Source: Myxococcota bacterium (GTDB lineage Bacteria > Myxococcota_A > UBA796 > GCA-2862545). From it: 64,000 nucleotides of DNA. Shown here in pieces: positions 47,673 through 57,656 of the stretch. The notes below the pieces were generated by a model. It had not been told where the DNA came from, did not search any database, and was given only the letters and a program-made list of their open reading frames with translations. Every line of letters starts with the position of its first letter. Position 1 is the stretch's first letter. The translations under genes and the position numbers were made by a program. The DNA is taken from assembly GCA_039208735.1 (NCBI GenBank), contig JBCCQY010000024.1:12431-76430 (forward strand), written 5' to 3'.

Positions 47673-48596
47673 GTGGCTGGCTTTGACCCAAAGACCCCTC
47701 CCGCACAGCGTCGGCGGGTGGTGGCGGTGATCGTGGCGGCGTTACTTGGCATTTCGAGTTCCGCCGTCCTCGTCAAATTGATGCAGGCGACCGCGCTCGC
47801 CATTGCGACCTGGCGGATGGTGGGGGCGGCCGTGCTGGTGAGCGTGCTTGCCGGGGGGGCGATGCGACAGCTGCGCGCCCGTCATTTGCCTTCGGTGACA
47901 CTGGCGGGGCTGGCGTTAGCCCTTCACTTTTGGACCTGGTTCGCCTCGGTGCAGTACACCACCGTGCTGAGATCAACGTTGTTGGTGTCGCTGGTGCCGG
48001 TGTGGACCGCGCTACTCGAAGGGTTTCGGGGAGCCGGTTGGCCTACCCTTCGCCAACTCGGTGGCTTCGTCGTGGCCCTTGGGGGACTGGCGGTCATCGA
48101 AGGCTTGTCCGGCCCGGTGGTGTCGTCGACCGTCGACCCCGAAACCGCCTGGATGGGCGATGCGCTCGCGACCTTTGCGGGCATGCTCTGGGCCATCTAC
48201 CTTTCGGTGGGTCGTCGGGTCCGCCAAACGTTGCCTGTAACCGTGTACTTTGCCGTAGTTTGCGCGGTTGGTGCCATCGCCTTGGGAGGCCTGTCGTTCG
48301 CCTTAGGGCGTGCCGAAGATCTGGTGGCCTTCGATGCCACGACCGCAGGCCTCATCGGGTTGGCGATCTTGGGGCCCCAGTTGCTTGGCCACCAAGGCTT
48401 CGCCTACGCGATCAAGTGGGTCGACGCGACTACGATCTCCTTGGTGATGCTCCTCGAGCCTGTGGGGGCATCGCTTCTCGCGTTGGTTGTGCTTGCGGAA
48501 AGGCCGTCCGCCGCTGCCGCCGCTGGGGCCTTGCTCATTGTGGCGGGCGTGGCGTTCGCCACGATCGAAACGCCAGCGGAGGCCGATGGACCATAG
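47673..48596 (+). CDS. DMT/EamA-family transporter
   Basis: About 10 TM helices; LALHFWTWFASVQYT, PQLLGH, LLEPVGA. Confidence 0.9.
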   Translation: MAGFDPKTPPAQRRRVVAVIVAALLGISSSAVLVKLMQATALAIATWRMVGAAVLVSVLAGGAMRQLRARHLPSVTLAGLALALHFWTWFASVQYTTVLRSTLLVSLVPVWTALLEGFRGAGWPTLRQLGGFVVALGGLAVIEGLSGPVVSSTVDPETAWMGDALATFAGMLWAIYLSVGRRVRQTLPVTVYFAVVCAVGAIALGGLSFALGRAEDLVAFDATTAGLIGLAILGPQLLGHQGFAYAIKWVDATTISLVMLLEPVGASLLALVVLAERPSAAAAAGALLIVAGVAFATIETPAEADGP

Positions 48597-48620
48597 GTCG
48601 TGTGAGGTACGGAGGACTCG

Positions 48621-49250
48621 ATGATCGGCTTGGCAGTCTGGACCGCAGTGGCGAGTGCCGCTCCCACCACCTATTCCCTGAAGCCCGCGGACAGTGCGCT
48701 GTTCGTGGTCGTGTTCAACGACCAGACCACGGTGGCGAGTGGGCTTGGGCACGACCATGCCATCTCTCCCCGGACCTTCGACGGGAGCGTGACCTGGGAC
48801 CCCGAAGACCTCTCGGCCTGCAAGGTCCAAATCTCGTTTCCTGTGAGCGAACTCTTTCCGGATCTTCCTGGGTTTCGTGAACTCGCCGGCCTGGACCCCG
48901 ATGGGGCGGTGAACGACAACCAAAAAGAGCAGATCAAGAAGAACTTCTTGAAGTCCTCCCAGCTCAACGGGCCGAAGTTCCCCACCATTCGCTACGCCTC
49001 AACCCATTGTGCGCCGAGCAAACAGGCAGGGCGGGTGAACGTGACCGGTCAGCTGACGATTCGGGGCACGGCACTGACCGTGACCGTCCCCATGAAAATT
49101 CAGGCATCCGGCGCATCTTTTGCCGCACAAGGGAGCTTTGAAGCCCTGCACAGCGACTTCGGGTTCAAGCCGTTCACCAATCTGCTTGGCGCGCTTCGCA
49201 ACGAAGATCGCATGAAGTTCGTGATCGATGTCAAGGGATCGGCTGGCTGA
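48621..49250 (+). CDS. YceI-family lipid/polyisoprenoid-binding protein
   Basis: GGAGG RBS; signal peptide; GHDH, QLNGPKFPTI, GQLTIRG, SDFGFKP. Confidence 0.88.
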   Translation: MIGLAVWTAVASAAPTTYSLKPADSALFVVVFNDQTTVASGLGHDHAISPRTFDGSVTWDPEDLSACKVQISFPVSELFPDLPGFRELAGLDPDGAVNDNQKEQIKKNFLKSSQLNGPKFPTIRYASTHCAPSKQAGRVNVTGQLTIRGTALTVTVPMKIQASGASFAAQGSFEALHSDFGFKPFTNLLGALRNEDRMKFVIDVKGSAG

Positions 49251-51291
49251 ACGCCAAGGCTTGAGCCAGCGCCTCGGGTTCCCCGGACTGGGCCAACCAA
49301 GCTTGGATTTCGGCGAGCACGTCAGCGTAGCGGCGGCGTGACCACAGCAACGTCAGGATCCGACGCGCGGTGGTGGGCTCGTTGGTCGCCACCACATGGG
49401 CGGGAAGCGAAGCGAACGCGGCTGCGGCGCTCTCGAATCCCGCTTTTCGTAAACTTGGGATCGGCAGGAACAGCCACAACCCCACGTCTCCGGCGAGGCG
49501 CCGACGAAGCCGCATCCCCAAGTGGCCCATCGTGTAGCGCGCATTCACCTCGCTGATCGGTTTCAATCGAAGGGTCGAGTCTCCGACCACCAATGCATCG
49601 ACCGACAACGGCCCACGAAACCCCTTTGCCCGGGCGGCTTCCCCCACCTGACGTGCCGCCGCTGTCGCCTGATCCACGAAACGTTGCTCCGCGAAGGCTC
49701 GGCGAACATCGGAGGGCAGGCCGAGATTAGGTGAGCCCAGCACAACGCCGCGAAAGATGCCTTGAAACGATCCGAAACGCGTCGTTCCGACGATCCGAGC
49801 CGTTTCGCCGACCTGCACGTGGGTCGACAGCTCCGCCACGACGGGAAGGTGCCGTTCGACCACCACGGATCCTGCCGCCAAGAGCCGTCGAACGGCTCGT
49901 TCGGAGCGTGCGTCGAGCGGTCCCGGGGGCACCCGGACGCGATGTTGGCCTGATGTCGACAGGGGCGCCTTGACCCAGCATTCGCCAAGGGCGTTGCGAA
50001 TGGCGTCGACTTCCGCCCACGTGGTCGCCACCTGCCCTACATCCTTTGCCTCGACCTCGTGGGCTTCCGCGAACTGCTGCAACTGGCGCAAGGCCCAGGT
50101 TTTTTCGTGGAGTTCGGACTGGCCTTCGATCGTGGGCAGGGCATCGGTCACCGTCGCAAAGCGGTCTCGCATCGCGGGCGACCAGCCCCATGGCTCCGGA
50201 ACGCCTTGACCCGGCCAGGCGTCAGGGTTGAGTTCAGGCACGAACTGCGGAATCGGTAGGCCACGTTTCGACCAACGAACGAGGGTCTCCCGGGTGGGGG
50301 CCTCGGCAATGACAACGTCGTCCGGCGAGGCAAGGACCGACAAGATCGGTCCGAGATCGTGGTCAATATCGGTCGGGATGCGGGAGGGCGTCCGGTCCGC
50401 CCACTCATCTTCGAGGCTCGATGTGAAAAGGAACACGCGAGGACTTCGGCCTCGAGAATTCGTCGTGACGGAAATTCGATCGATGAAGTCGTCATCTAGA
50501 CCAGCCGCGCGCCGGGCCTCTCGCACCACAGTGGGCCCACGGCCTCGGACGGGGGTGAGTGGAAAGCGAAGGGCCTGGGTCCAGGCGTCGAAGTCGTCAA
50601 GCTTGGGATCCTTCAACTGACGGAGCCAGTGGGCGCCAACCCGTACATGTCGAATCTCATCGTCATGCACAGCATCGAGCACGCTGGCCGTGGCTTCGTC
50701 GCCCGCCCGGCGAAATGCGGCGGCCCAAAGTCGTGAAAAGTCCAGGTTGGCTTGCTCGAGACCGAGTTCGAGCCCCGAGATGAAGGAAAGCGGGTTGTCG
50801 ACGCGGTGGAGTGCATCCCAGAAGAAGGCTGAGACCGCATATTCCCCGAATTGCACTCCCAGATCTTCCAGGCGACTGACGTAGTGGCTCACATGACGCT
50901 GTTCATCGCGCAGCGTCGCAAGCCAACTACGCCGTAGCCCCCGAGGGGCGTCGGGAAATCGCAACAGCGCCAAGGCGAACAACTCCACCGCGAGCAGCTC
51001 GTGGTTCGCCATGGCGTGCAGCACTACGGCACGCTGTGTGTCGTTCAAGCGATCGCGAGGCGAAGGAAGCGAGGGCCGAGGTCCACGGCCAAGGCTCAAT
51101 CCTTCCGGGCGTCCTGGATGATCCGGCAACGATCGAGGTGGGGTTTGTCGGTCGACGAGCGTTTCGGTAGGGCCGGCGAGCTTCGCGGACAACGTCGTCG
51201 CGTGCAGGATCTGCTCGGCGTAATGGGCGACGGTAGCCAAAGGAGTTCCTCGTGCGTGCGATGACCAGAGCCTGACGGCGTCGATCGTCAT
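49231..51291 (-). CDS. DUF455 ferritin-like di-iron domain fused to ATP-grasp-like domain
   Basis: HAMANHELLAVEL, DEQRH, LEQANLDF, DEIRH; C-half WGWS, VKAPLSTSG, VVER, GFRGPLSVDAL, EVNARYTMG. Confidence 0.8.
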   Translation of the reverse strand: MTIDAVRLWSSHARGTPLATVAHYAEQILHATTLSAKLAGPTETLVDRQTPPRSLPDHPGRPEGLSLGRGPRPSLPSPRDRLNDTQRAVVLHAMANHELLAVELFALALLRFPDAPRGLRRSWLATLRDEQRHVSHYVSRLEDLGVQFGEYAVSAFFWDALHRVDNPLSFISGLELGLEQANLDFSRLWAAAFRRAGDEATASVLDAVHDDEIRHVRVGAHWLRQLKDPKLDDFDAWTQALRFPLTPVRGRGPTVVREARRAAGLDDDFIDRISVTTNSRGRSPRVFLFTSSLEDEWADRTPSRIPTDIDHDLGPILSVLASPDDVVIAEAPTRETLVRWSKRGLPIPQFVPELNPDAWPGQGVPEPWGWSPAMRDRFATVTDALPTIEGQSELHEKTWALRQLQQFAEAHEVEAKDVGQVATTWAEVDAIRNALGECWVKAPLSTSGQHRVRVPPGPLDARSERAVRRLLAAGSVVVERHLPVVAELSTHVQVGETARIVGTTRFGSFQGIFRGVVLGSPNLGLPSDVRRAFAEQRFVDQATAAARQVGEAARAKGFRGPLSVDALVVGDSTLRLKPISEVNARYTMGHLGMRLRRRLAGDVGLWLFLPIPSLRKAGFESAAAAFASLPAHVVATNEPTTARRILTLLWSRRRYADVLAEIQAWLAQSGEPEALAQALAFSQPIP

Positions 51292-51302
51292 ACAATCGCA
51301 GC

Positions 51303-53492
51303 ATGACGCAAGCAGGTTCCGAAGTTCGGCGGTATCGGATCCACGATGTGCTCGGCAAGGGCACGTTTGGGACCGTGTACCGCGCCGAGCGTGAGGCAGG
51401 GGGCGAACGGGCTCCGGTTGTCGTGAAGGTCCTCAACGATGAACTTCAGCGCGACATCGAGCACCTGAAGGGGCTGCGGCGACTGAATCGGGCGTTGCGG
51501 GCCTCTAATGCGCCGGGTCTCGTGAAGACCGAGGGCCCCATTGAGCTTGAAGGTAAGCTCGTGGTGGTGGCCGAACTCATCGACGGCCTCACCTTGAAGG
51601 ACATCCTCGCGGCCGAGCCTGATCGAACGGTTCCGCTCGACATTGCGCTTGGGTTAGTCCAACAGATCGCCGAAGCGCTGGCGGCCGTGCATCGGGCCCG
51701 TGATCCCCGGGGACGCGACATTCTGCCCGTGCATCGCGACATTCGCCCGAGCAACGTGCTGCTGACGACCAACGGTGATGTACGTCTCATCGACACTGGA
51801 GTGGCGCTTTCGGGGTTTGACCCCCACCGCATGGAGCTTCACGGCGGTGTCGCGTACCTGGCGCCGGAACGACTCGATAACGAGGAGTCCGCCGCCATCG
51901 ACCTGTATGCGCTGACCCTGACGTTCCTCGAGCTTGTGCTCGGGAAGCTTCCCAAGACCGCGGCATCGCGGCCATCTGACCATGAACGGCGAATCATGGA
52001 GTTCGACCAGTCCCTTGAGCGACTCGACTGTCCGGTTGGGGTGCGCGCCATGGTGCGCGAGGGGTTGGCCTTCGATCCGCACCGGCGCCCGACGGCGGCG
52101 GTCTATGAGCGCGTTTGCCATGCCTTGCGAGGAGGCATTGCGCGTCAGGAGCTTGGGGAATGGGTTCGCCCCCGTGTCTTGCGCCAGATGCGTCAGCGAT
52201 CCTCAGGCCAAGGCGACTGGTCGGGGCGCGTGCTCGACGAGGCCGGCCGCCGCAAGGGTCCCGCGCCGTCGGGTCCCTCGGTGCCATCCGAACCTCGGGG
52301 CATGGCCCCGCAGTCTTCGCCGGCCCGGGCAACCCAAACGTCGCTCCGAGCCGTTCGCCATGACGCAGGTTCGCTCATGCGTCCGCCCGAGGCTCCTGAA
52401 CCGTCCGAGAGCTTTGGTGATCCCGACACTGCGTGGAAGCATCAGGAGTCTCCAGGGCTCGGCGAGCCACAGATCGCAGCCCGCGGTGAGCCGTCGTACG
52501 TCTCGTTCCCCGAAGACAAGCTTTCGGCCTCGTTTAGCGATCAGGGGTTCGAAGAGCCCGTCACCGTTCAGCGTCCGCCTCCGCCCGGTGCAAAGGTGGA
52601 TGCAACCGGTCAGGTGCCTCTGGCTCCTCCTCCAGGCCCCGTTCCTCTGGCGCCGCCTCCGGGGTCGAACCATCCGCCAGGGTTGGGCGGTCCCGTCCCC
52701 CTGGCATCGATGGGCGCCATCATCGGAGGCGAAGATACCGACGACCCCGCCACCGTCATTCGACCGAGTCAGGCCGACATCGAAACGTTCGAACGGGCGC
52801 CTGACCGGGGTTCCAGCCCGCTTGCGGCAAATCAAGGCCTCGGCGCGGTTCTTGGCGAAAGCGAATCGGCCAATGACCCGGCCACGGTCATTCGGGATGC
52901 TGCCGATATCTTCTCGGCCCTGGACCGTCCTGGAGGGGCGCAGCTTCCCAGCGGTTTCGACGAGGGAGGCTACGACGACCCGGCTACGATGATTCGGCCC
53001 CCGGGCGACATGGCGGACCTGCAGAGAGATCTCGGCGATCCCAGCGGGTTTGGACCGGGAAGCGACTATGGCTCGGACTACGGTTCGGATTACGGGACCG
53101 GCGACCCAAGCACCGGCGTCGAGCCGCCTCGTCGTGGCAACCCGGTCGTGTCGCTCGTGTTGGGAGCCGTGGGGCTGGTGTTCGCGCTGGGCCTCGCAGG
53201 CGGTGCCACCTACGGAATCAGCAACTACACCACGTGGGTGTTTGAGCGCGAATCGTTGTGTCGCAGCAAGGTTCAGATTGGGCGGGACTTCATCAATGAG
53301 GTGAAGGTCCGTCCGCGTCGCCAGGCCCAGCGCATCCTCGACGACACGGAAGCCGACTGTGAAAACGAGCAGATCTCGTTGCTCAACACCGACCTTGTGG
53401 TCCAGGAGATCCTTCGACGGTCCGACGACGCCATCCTGAGCGAGTTCGAGCAGCACAAGGTGCGTGAAGTCCTGCGGAAGGCTGCAGAATAG
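51303..53492 (+). CDS. Membrane Ser/Thr kinase (atypical) with long Pro/acidic linker
   Basis: GKGTFGTVY, VVVK, HRDIRPSN, IDTG, YLAPE, DLYAL; TM helix near the C-terminus. Confidence 0.85.
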   Translation: MTQAGSEVRRYRIHDVLGKGTFGTVYRAEREAGGERAPVVVKVLNDELQRDIEHLKGLRRLNRALRASNAPGLVKTEGPIELEGKLVVVAELIDGLTLKDILAAEPDRTVPLDIALGLVQQIAEALAAVHRARDPRGRDILPVHRDIRPSNVLLTTNGDVRLIDTGVALSGFDPHRMELHGGVAYLAPERLDNEESAAIDLYALTLTFLELVLGKLPKTAASRPSDHERRIMEFDQSLERLDCPVGVRAMVREGLAFDPHRRPTAAVYERVCHALRGGIARQELGEWVRPRVLRQMRQRSSGQGDWSGRVLDEAGRRKGPAPSGPSVPSEPRGMAPQSSPARATQTSLRAVRHDAGSLMRPPEAPEPSESFGDPDTAWKHQESPGLGEPQIAARGEPSYVSFPEDKLSASFSDQGFEEPVTVQRPPPPGAKVDATGQVPLAPPPGPVPLAPPPGSNHPPGLGGPVPLASMGAIIGGEDTDDPATVIRPSQADIETFERAPDRGSSPLAANQGLGAVLGESESANDPATVIRDAADIFSALDRPGGAQLPSGFDEGGYDDPATMIRPPGDMADLQRDLGDPSGFGPGSDYGSDYGSDYGTGDPSTGVEPPRRGNPVVSLVLGAVGLVFALGLAGGATYGISNYTTWVFERESLCRSKVQIGRDFINEVKVRPRRQAQRILDDTEADCENEQISLLNTDLVVQEILRRSDDAILSEFEQHKVREVLRKAAE

Positions 53493-53529
53493 GGTCGCCA
53501 GCGAGCCCTTGCACACGGTATCGGGTGGC

Positions 53530-54591
53530 ATGGGTTCCCCGACAAACGCGTTGTTGGCGCCGCCTCGGGTGCGGCGTGGTTGGTACATTGTTGCGCGGTC
53601 GCGCGAGATTGGACGTCGGCCGGTGCAACGTCGTCTCTTCGGCGTGCCGTTGGTGGTCTTCCGAGACGGCCGCGGAGATGTAGGGGTGCTCGTCGATCGA
53701 TGCCCCCATCGCAATGTGCCGCTCTCCGGTGGGCGCATGGTCGAGGGCGACCTGCAATGCCCCTACCACGGGTGGCGGTTTGCCGCGTCGGGCCATTGCA
53801 CGGCCGTTCCCGCGCTAGACGGTGCTCCCGACCGGGCCCATCGGGCGAGTGCGCTGCCGGTGCGCGAGCAACAGGGCTACGTGTGGGCATGGGGAGAGCC
53901 GGACGGGGATCCGAAGGGAGAACCCTGGAAATTCGCCCTCATCGACGAAACGGGCTACCTCGTCGTGCACCGTTCCCTCGAGGCGAATGGCACGGTGCAT
54001 GCGGTGGCCGAAAACGCGTTGGATGTGCCGCACACCGCGTTCCTCCACGGTGGTTTGTTTCGCAACGACCAAGACCGCAACCCCATTCGTTGCGTTGTCG
54101 ACCGTCACGAAGACCATGTGCAGTGCGAATACATCGGTGAACCACGTCCCGAAGGTCTCCTCGGCCGTGCGTTGTCGCCATCGGGCGGGCTCGTCGAGCA
54201 CTTTGACCGGTTCTTTTTGCCGAGTGTCTTGCAAGTGGAGTACCGCATCGGGACCGAAAACCACATCCTGGTGACGGCAGCGCTCACCCCGGTGGATGAC
54301 TACGTGACCCAGCTCCACGCCGTAGTGGCGCTGCGAACCCGTATTCCGGGCTGGTTGTTGCGTCCGTTCCTCACGCCCATCGTGTTGCGGGTGTTCCGTC
54401 AGGACGCCCGGGTGCTCGCGCAGCAGACGAACGTGATTCGTCGCTTTGGCGAAACGAGGTTTCTCTCAACGGAATTGGACCTGTTGGGTCCCCACATCTT
54501 CAAGCTTCTCCAACGCGCGGAGCGAGATGGCCTTCCCACGCCCGAGGAGGCTCGTGAGCCCACTCGGCGTGAGGTCACCATGTGGATCTGA
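53530..54591 (+). CDS. Rieske non-heme iron oxygenase (VanA-like alpha subunit)
   Basis: DRCPHRN..CPYHGW Rieske site; ENALDVPHTAFLH; QD. Confidence 0.92.
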   Translation: MGSPTNALLAPPRVRRGWYIVARSREIGRRPVQRRLFGVPLVVFRDGRGDVGVLVDRCPHRNVPLSGGRMVEGDLQCPYHGWRFAASGHCTAVPALDGAPDRAHRASALPVREQQGYVWAWGEPDGDPKGEPWKFALIDETGYLVVHRSLEANGTVHAVAENALDVPHTAFLHGGLFRNDQDRNPIRCVVDRHEDHVQCEYIGEPRPEGLLGRALSPSGGLVEHFDRFFLPSVLQVEYRIGTENHILVTAALTPVDDYVTQLHAVVALRTRIPGWLLRPFLTPIVLRVFRQDARVLAQQTNVIRRFGETRFLSTELDLLGPHIFKLLQRAERDGLPTPEEAREPTRREVTMWI

Positions 54592-54621
54592 CCCACTGAG
54601 CGTCCCGCGTTACGGGGCGCC

Positions 54622-55734
54622 GTGCTCATCTTACCCATCGGCGACGCCCCAAATCCCCAAGGCTACCGGCCGTGGGTCACGTGGTTGCTGATCGCTGCCA
54701 ACGTCCTCGTCTACCTGGGCATCACACTGCCGCAGGGGATGGAGACCATTCCGCTCACCGACCCGGTAGCGAGGGACTACCTCGAGTTCGTTCGCTCGTT
54801 CATCGACCCCAGCACCGACCTCGCTACGGTTGGCATCTCCGCCTGGGACCTCACGGTCTTTCAGTACGGATTTCGTCCAGCCGACCCGAGCGCCCTCGAC
54901 CTTTTCACGTCCATGTTCATGCACGCGGGGTTGGGTCACCTCGGTGGGAATATGCTATTCCTGTGGATCTACGGCGATAACGCCGAGCATCGTCTCGGCC
55001 GTCTCGGATTCCTCATCGCCTACCTGGCCACCGGCATCGTGGCCACGGTGGCGTTCGCCACTTGGGAAGGCTGGGCCTCCGATACGCCGCTGGTGGGCGC
55101 CTCCGGCGCAATCAGCGGGGTGCTCGGGATCTATTTTGTAGCGTTCCCCCGCAACGTCGTCCGCATGTTCGTGGTGTTGCTGCCGTTCCTGATCAACACC
55201 ATCGTGCTGCCATCGTGGGTCGTCTTGGGGGTCTACGTCCTCTTTGACAACCTGGTGCCCTTCTTGTTCTCGTCCAGCGAGTCTGGGGTCGCTTATGGCG
55301 CTCACCTCGGTGGCTTCGTAGCGGGAATGGTCGTTGCGTGGGCCGTGTCTGCTCGAGGGTTGTCGATGCCGGGCCGTTCGGAAGGCGGGGCCAAGCCTAA
55401 GCCTGCACAAGGTCAGGTCATCGAGATGCCCACGCGCGACGCCGACTCGGGCCTCGCCGGGGTCATTCGGGATGCCGATGTGCTCATCGACCAAGGTCGA
55501 GCGAGGTCGGGTCTCACGCTTCTGGTCCGTCGCCACGACCGGTCCGGACCTGGTGAGCGCGGTCGTCTCGCCCTTGCCATCGCCCAACGCTTGCTCAAGA
55601 TGGGGCGCGTCACCGAAGCGTACCAATGGCTCGTCCAGGCCCTTCGCGACCCGGCTTCACAGGAGGAGGCGGCCCAAGAACTCAGAGGGCTCGACCTTCC
55701 CCCGCAGCTACTGGCCCGGTTGGGTCTGCAGTAG
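54622..55734 (+). CDS. Rhomboid-family intramembrane serine protease with C-terminal helical extension
   Basis: SMFMHAG..HLGGNMLFLWIYGDN.E, VGASGAISG, AHLGGF. Confidence 0.93.
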   Translation: MLILPIGDAPNPQGYRPWVTWLLIAANVLVYLGITLPQGMETIPLTDPVARDYLEFVRSFIDPSTDLATVGISAWDLTVFQYGFRPADPSALDLFTSMFMHAGLGHLGGNMLFLWIYGDNAEHRLGRLGFLIAYLATGIVATVAFATWEGWASDTPLVGASGAISGVLGIYFVAFPRNVVRMFVVLLPFLINTIVLPSWVVLGVYVLFDNLVPFLFSSSESGVAYGAHLGGFVAGMVVAWAVSARGLSMPGRSEGGAKPKPAQGQVIEMPTRDADSGLAGVIRDADVLIDQGRARSGLTLLVRRHDRSGPGERGRLALAIAQRLLKMGRVTEAYQWLVQALRDPASQEEAAQELRGLDLPPQLLARLGLQ

Positions 55735-56697
55735 CTACGGTTCGATCCCAAACAGCGTGGGGTCGATCTGGTAGAAGAGCCGGACCGTAGCGCCTTCTGC
55801 TGGAATTGCGTCGGGCGTGAATTGAACCAGCCAGGTGTGGGGTCGGTAGTCGAACGAGCCCGATAGCTTACTATCGACGCGGACTTCGATTGAAGGCTCG
55901 ATCGCCGGGTCGGGAAGTCGGAGGGCTTGTCGGATTCCCGCTGCGTTTTGTCCGATGACGTCCATGTGCGCGCCGTAGTCCACCGCACAGATGTCGAGCA
56001 CCGGTCCGCCGGTCGCTCGGGCTACCCGAGCGTAGCGTTCTTGCGAAAACCCCCCGAGGCACACAGAACTTTGGGTCGCGCCAATGGCGATGGCCGTCGC
56101 ACGGTTGAGCTGTCCGTCATGCAGGTCCATGAAGAGATCGACAAAATCATCAATCGGCAGCAGTCGGTCGCTCGACGTGTAGCAGGCGGAGCCCACGGGG
56201 GTGGTCAGCCGACCGCCATTCGAACAATCCTCTTCGTCGCTGATGAAGACGATCACAAGGTGGGCATCGGGCCGAACGAAGCCCCAATCGGGGGCGACAG
56301 CATTGGCGGCGGCCTGTAGGCCCTGTTCCTGATCTGAGCCTTCCGAACCGACCTGCAGCTCCTCTACGAGCCAGGCAACATCGGTGTCGCTGCCGGTGAA
56401 GGGGTGCGGGTAGAGGGACTTGTCCAGGGTGGTCGTCACGACCGCCATCTGAACGTCCATCCCTTCAAGGGCGGGGATGAGTCGCGGAACGGCGGTGGCG
56501 AGGCGATCTTGGGCGAAGGCCATGAATGACGAAGAGTTGTCGACGACCCAGAGTAGGTCGACGGCGTCTTGATCTGCCTGGATGAAGGTAAGTTCTTCGT
56601 AGGAGGCGTCTGGCGAAGGAGCTGAACACCCCAATCCCGCCAGGAATCCGGCGAGGACGCACTGCAGCGCTGGGGAATGGCACGCACGAAGGGTCAT
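55735..56697 (-). CDS. vWA-like domain lipoprotein (myxobacterial type)
   Basis: GLGC lipobox; DLLWVVDNSSS (MIDAS DxSxS), EQGL, FVRPDAHLVIVFISDEEDCS, DIC. Confidence 0.8.
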   Translation of the reverse strand: MTLRACHSPALQCVLAGFLAGLGCSAPSPDASYEELTFIQADQDAVDLLWVVDNSSSFMAFAQDRLATAVPRLIPALEGMDVQMAVVTTTLDKSLYPHPFTGSDTDVAWLVEELQVGSEGSDQEQGLQAAANAVAPDWGFVRPDAHLVIVFISDEEDCSNGGRLTTPVGSACYTSSDRLLPIDDFVDLFMDLHDGQLNRATAIAIGATQSSVCLGGFSQERYARVARATGGPVLDICAVDYGAHMDVIGQNAAGIRQALRLPDPAIEPSIEVRVDSKLSGSFDYRPHTWLVQFTPDAIPAEGATVRLFYQIDPTLFGIEP

Positions 56698-56802
56698 GCG
56701 GGCATCATGGCTAGCGCATTTCCGACCGTCCAGTAGAAAGGTGACGCGAACGGTCCCCCTACAGCAGTTGCGGTGGCGACCGGTTGGTGCGATGGTGCGG
56801 GC

Positions 56803-57609
56803 GTGCAACTGTTCACGTCACTGGTGACGCCCTTCGATGATGCAGGCGAGGTGGACTACCGACGCCTGCGTGCCCACGTGTTGTGGCAGATGACGCAAGG
56901 CATCGATGGATTCGTTGTGACCCTCGGAGCTGGGGAGTTCCTCGTCCTGGATGCCGAGGAGCGCGCGCGCATCCACCATACGGTGCTGGACGCGGTCCCC
57001 AATCGCCCGGTGTACCTGGGGGTGTGGGCACCGCGGGAACAGGAGCGCCGCGATTTGATGCTCCAGGGGCGCGATCGGGGTGCCTTTGCCGCAATCCTGG
57101 CTCCGCCACTCCTGGTGGGAGCACCCAATGATGCGATCGAGCGGATGTATCGGTCGGTCAAGGGCGCTGCATTGCCGTTGTGGGGGGTCCACTCCCGCAC
57201 CTTTGGTACGAACATCGAAGCGTCGACGTTTGCGGACCTGCGGCGTGATGGGGTTCTGCAGGGCATCGTCGACGATTCCGGCGACCGCTTTCGACTCTCC
57301 CGACTCGCTCGGACGGCCCCCGAACGCGTGCTGGCCGGGAGTGACCCCGACCTCCCGGAGCTGTTGAACCTCAACGGGGTGCAGGCCTTCGTGTCCATCC
57401 TCACAAACCTGTGGCCCGCGTTCGGACTGCAATTGTTCCGCGATCGAGACGCTACCATCGGACAGGCCTGGATTGAGCGGGCCGATCGCATTCGGACGGC
57501 CGGAGGCCTTGGAGCGGTCAAGACGTTGCTGCGAATGGGGTGTCGAGGACCGGTCCATGAGGTTCCGGAGGAACGCCTTGAAGGACTGCCTGCCGCAGAG
57601 CAGCTGTAA
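56803..57609 (+). CDS. DapA/NanA-family TIM-barrel protein with degenerate active site
   Basis: LVTPFDDAGEVDY, GIDG, GEF..L..EER; GIVDDSGD at the usual GIKDSSGD position. Confidence 0.75.
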   Translation: MQLFTSLVTPFDDAGEVDYRRLRAHVLWQMTQGIDGFVVTLGAGEFLVLDAEERARIHHTVLDAVPNRPVYLGVWAPREQERRDLMLQGRDRGAFAAILAPPLLVGAPNDAIERMYRSVKGAALPLWGVHSRTFGTNIEASTFADLRRDGVLQGIVDDSGDRFRLSRLARTAPERVLAGSDPDLPELLNLNGVQAFVSILTNLWPAFGLQLFRDRDATIGQAWIERADRIRTAGGLGAVKTLLRMGCRGPVHEVPEERLEGLPAAEQL

Positions 57610-57656
57610 GAGGGGGGTTGTTGTCCTCGGTTGGGCGGGGCGGGTTAACCACCGCT

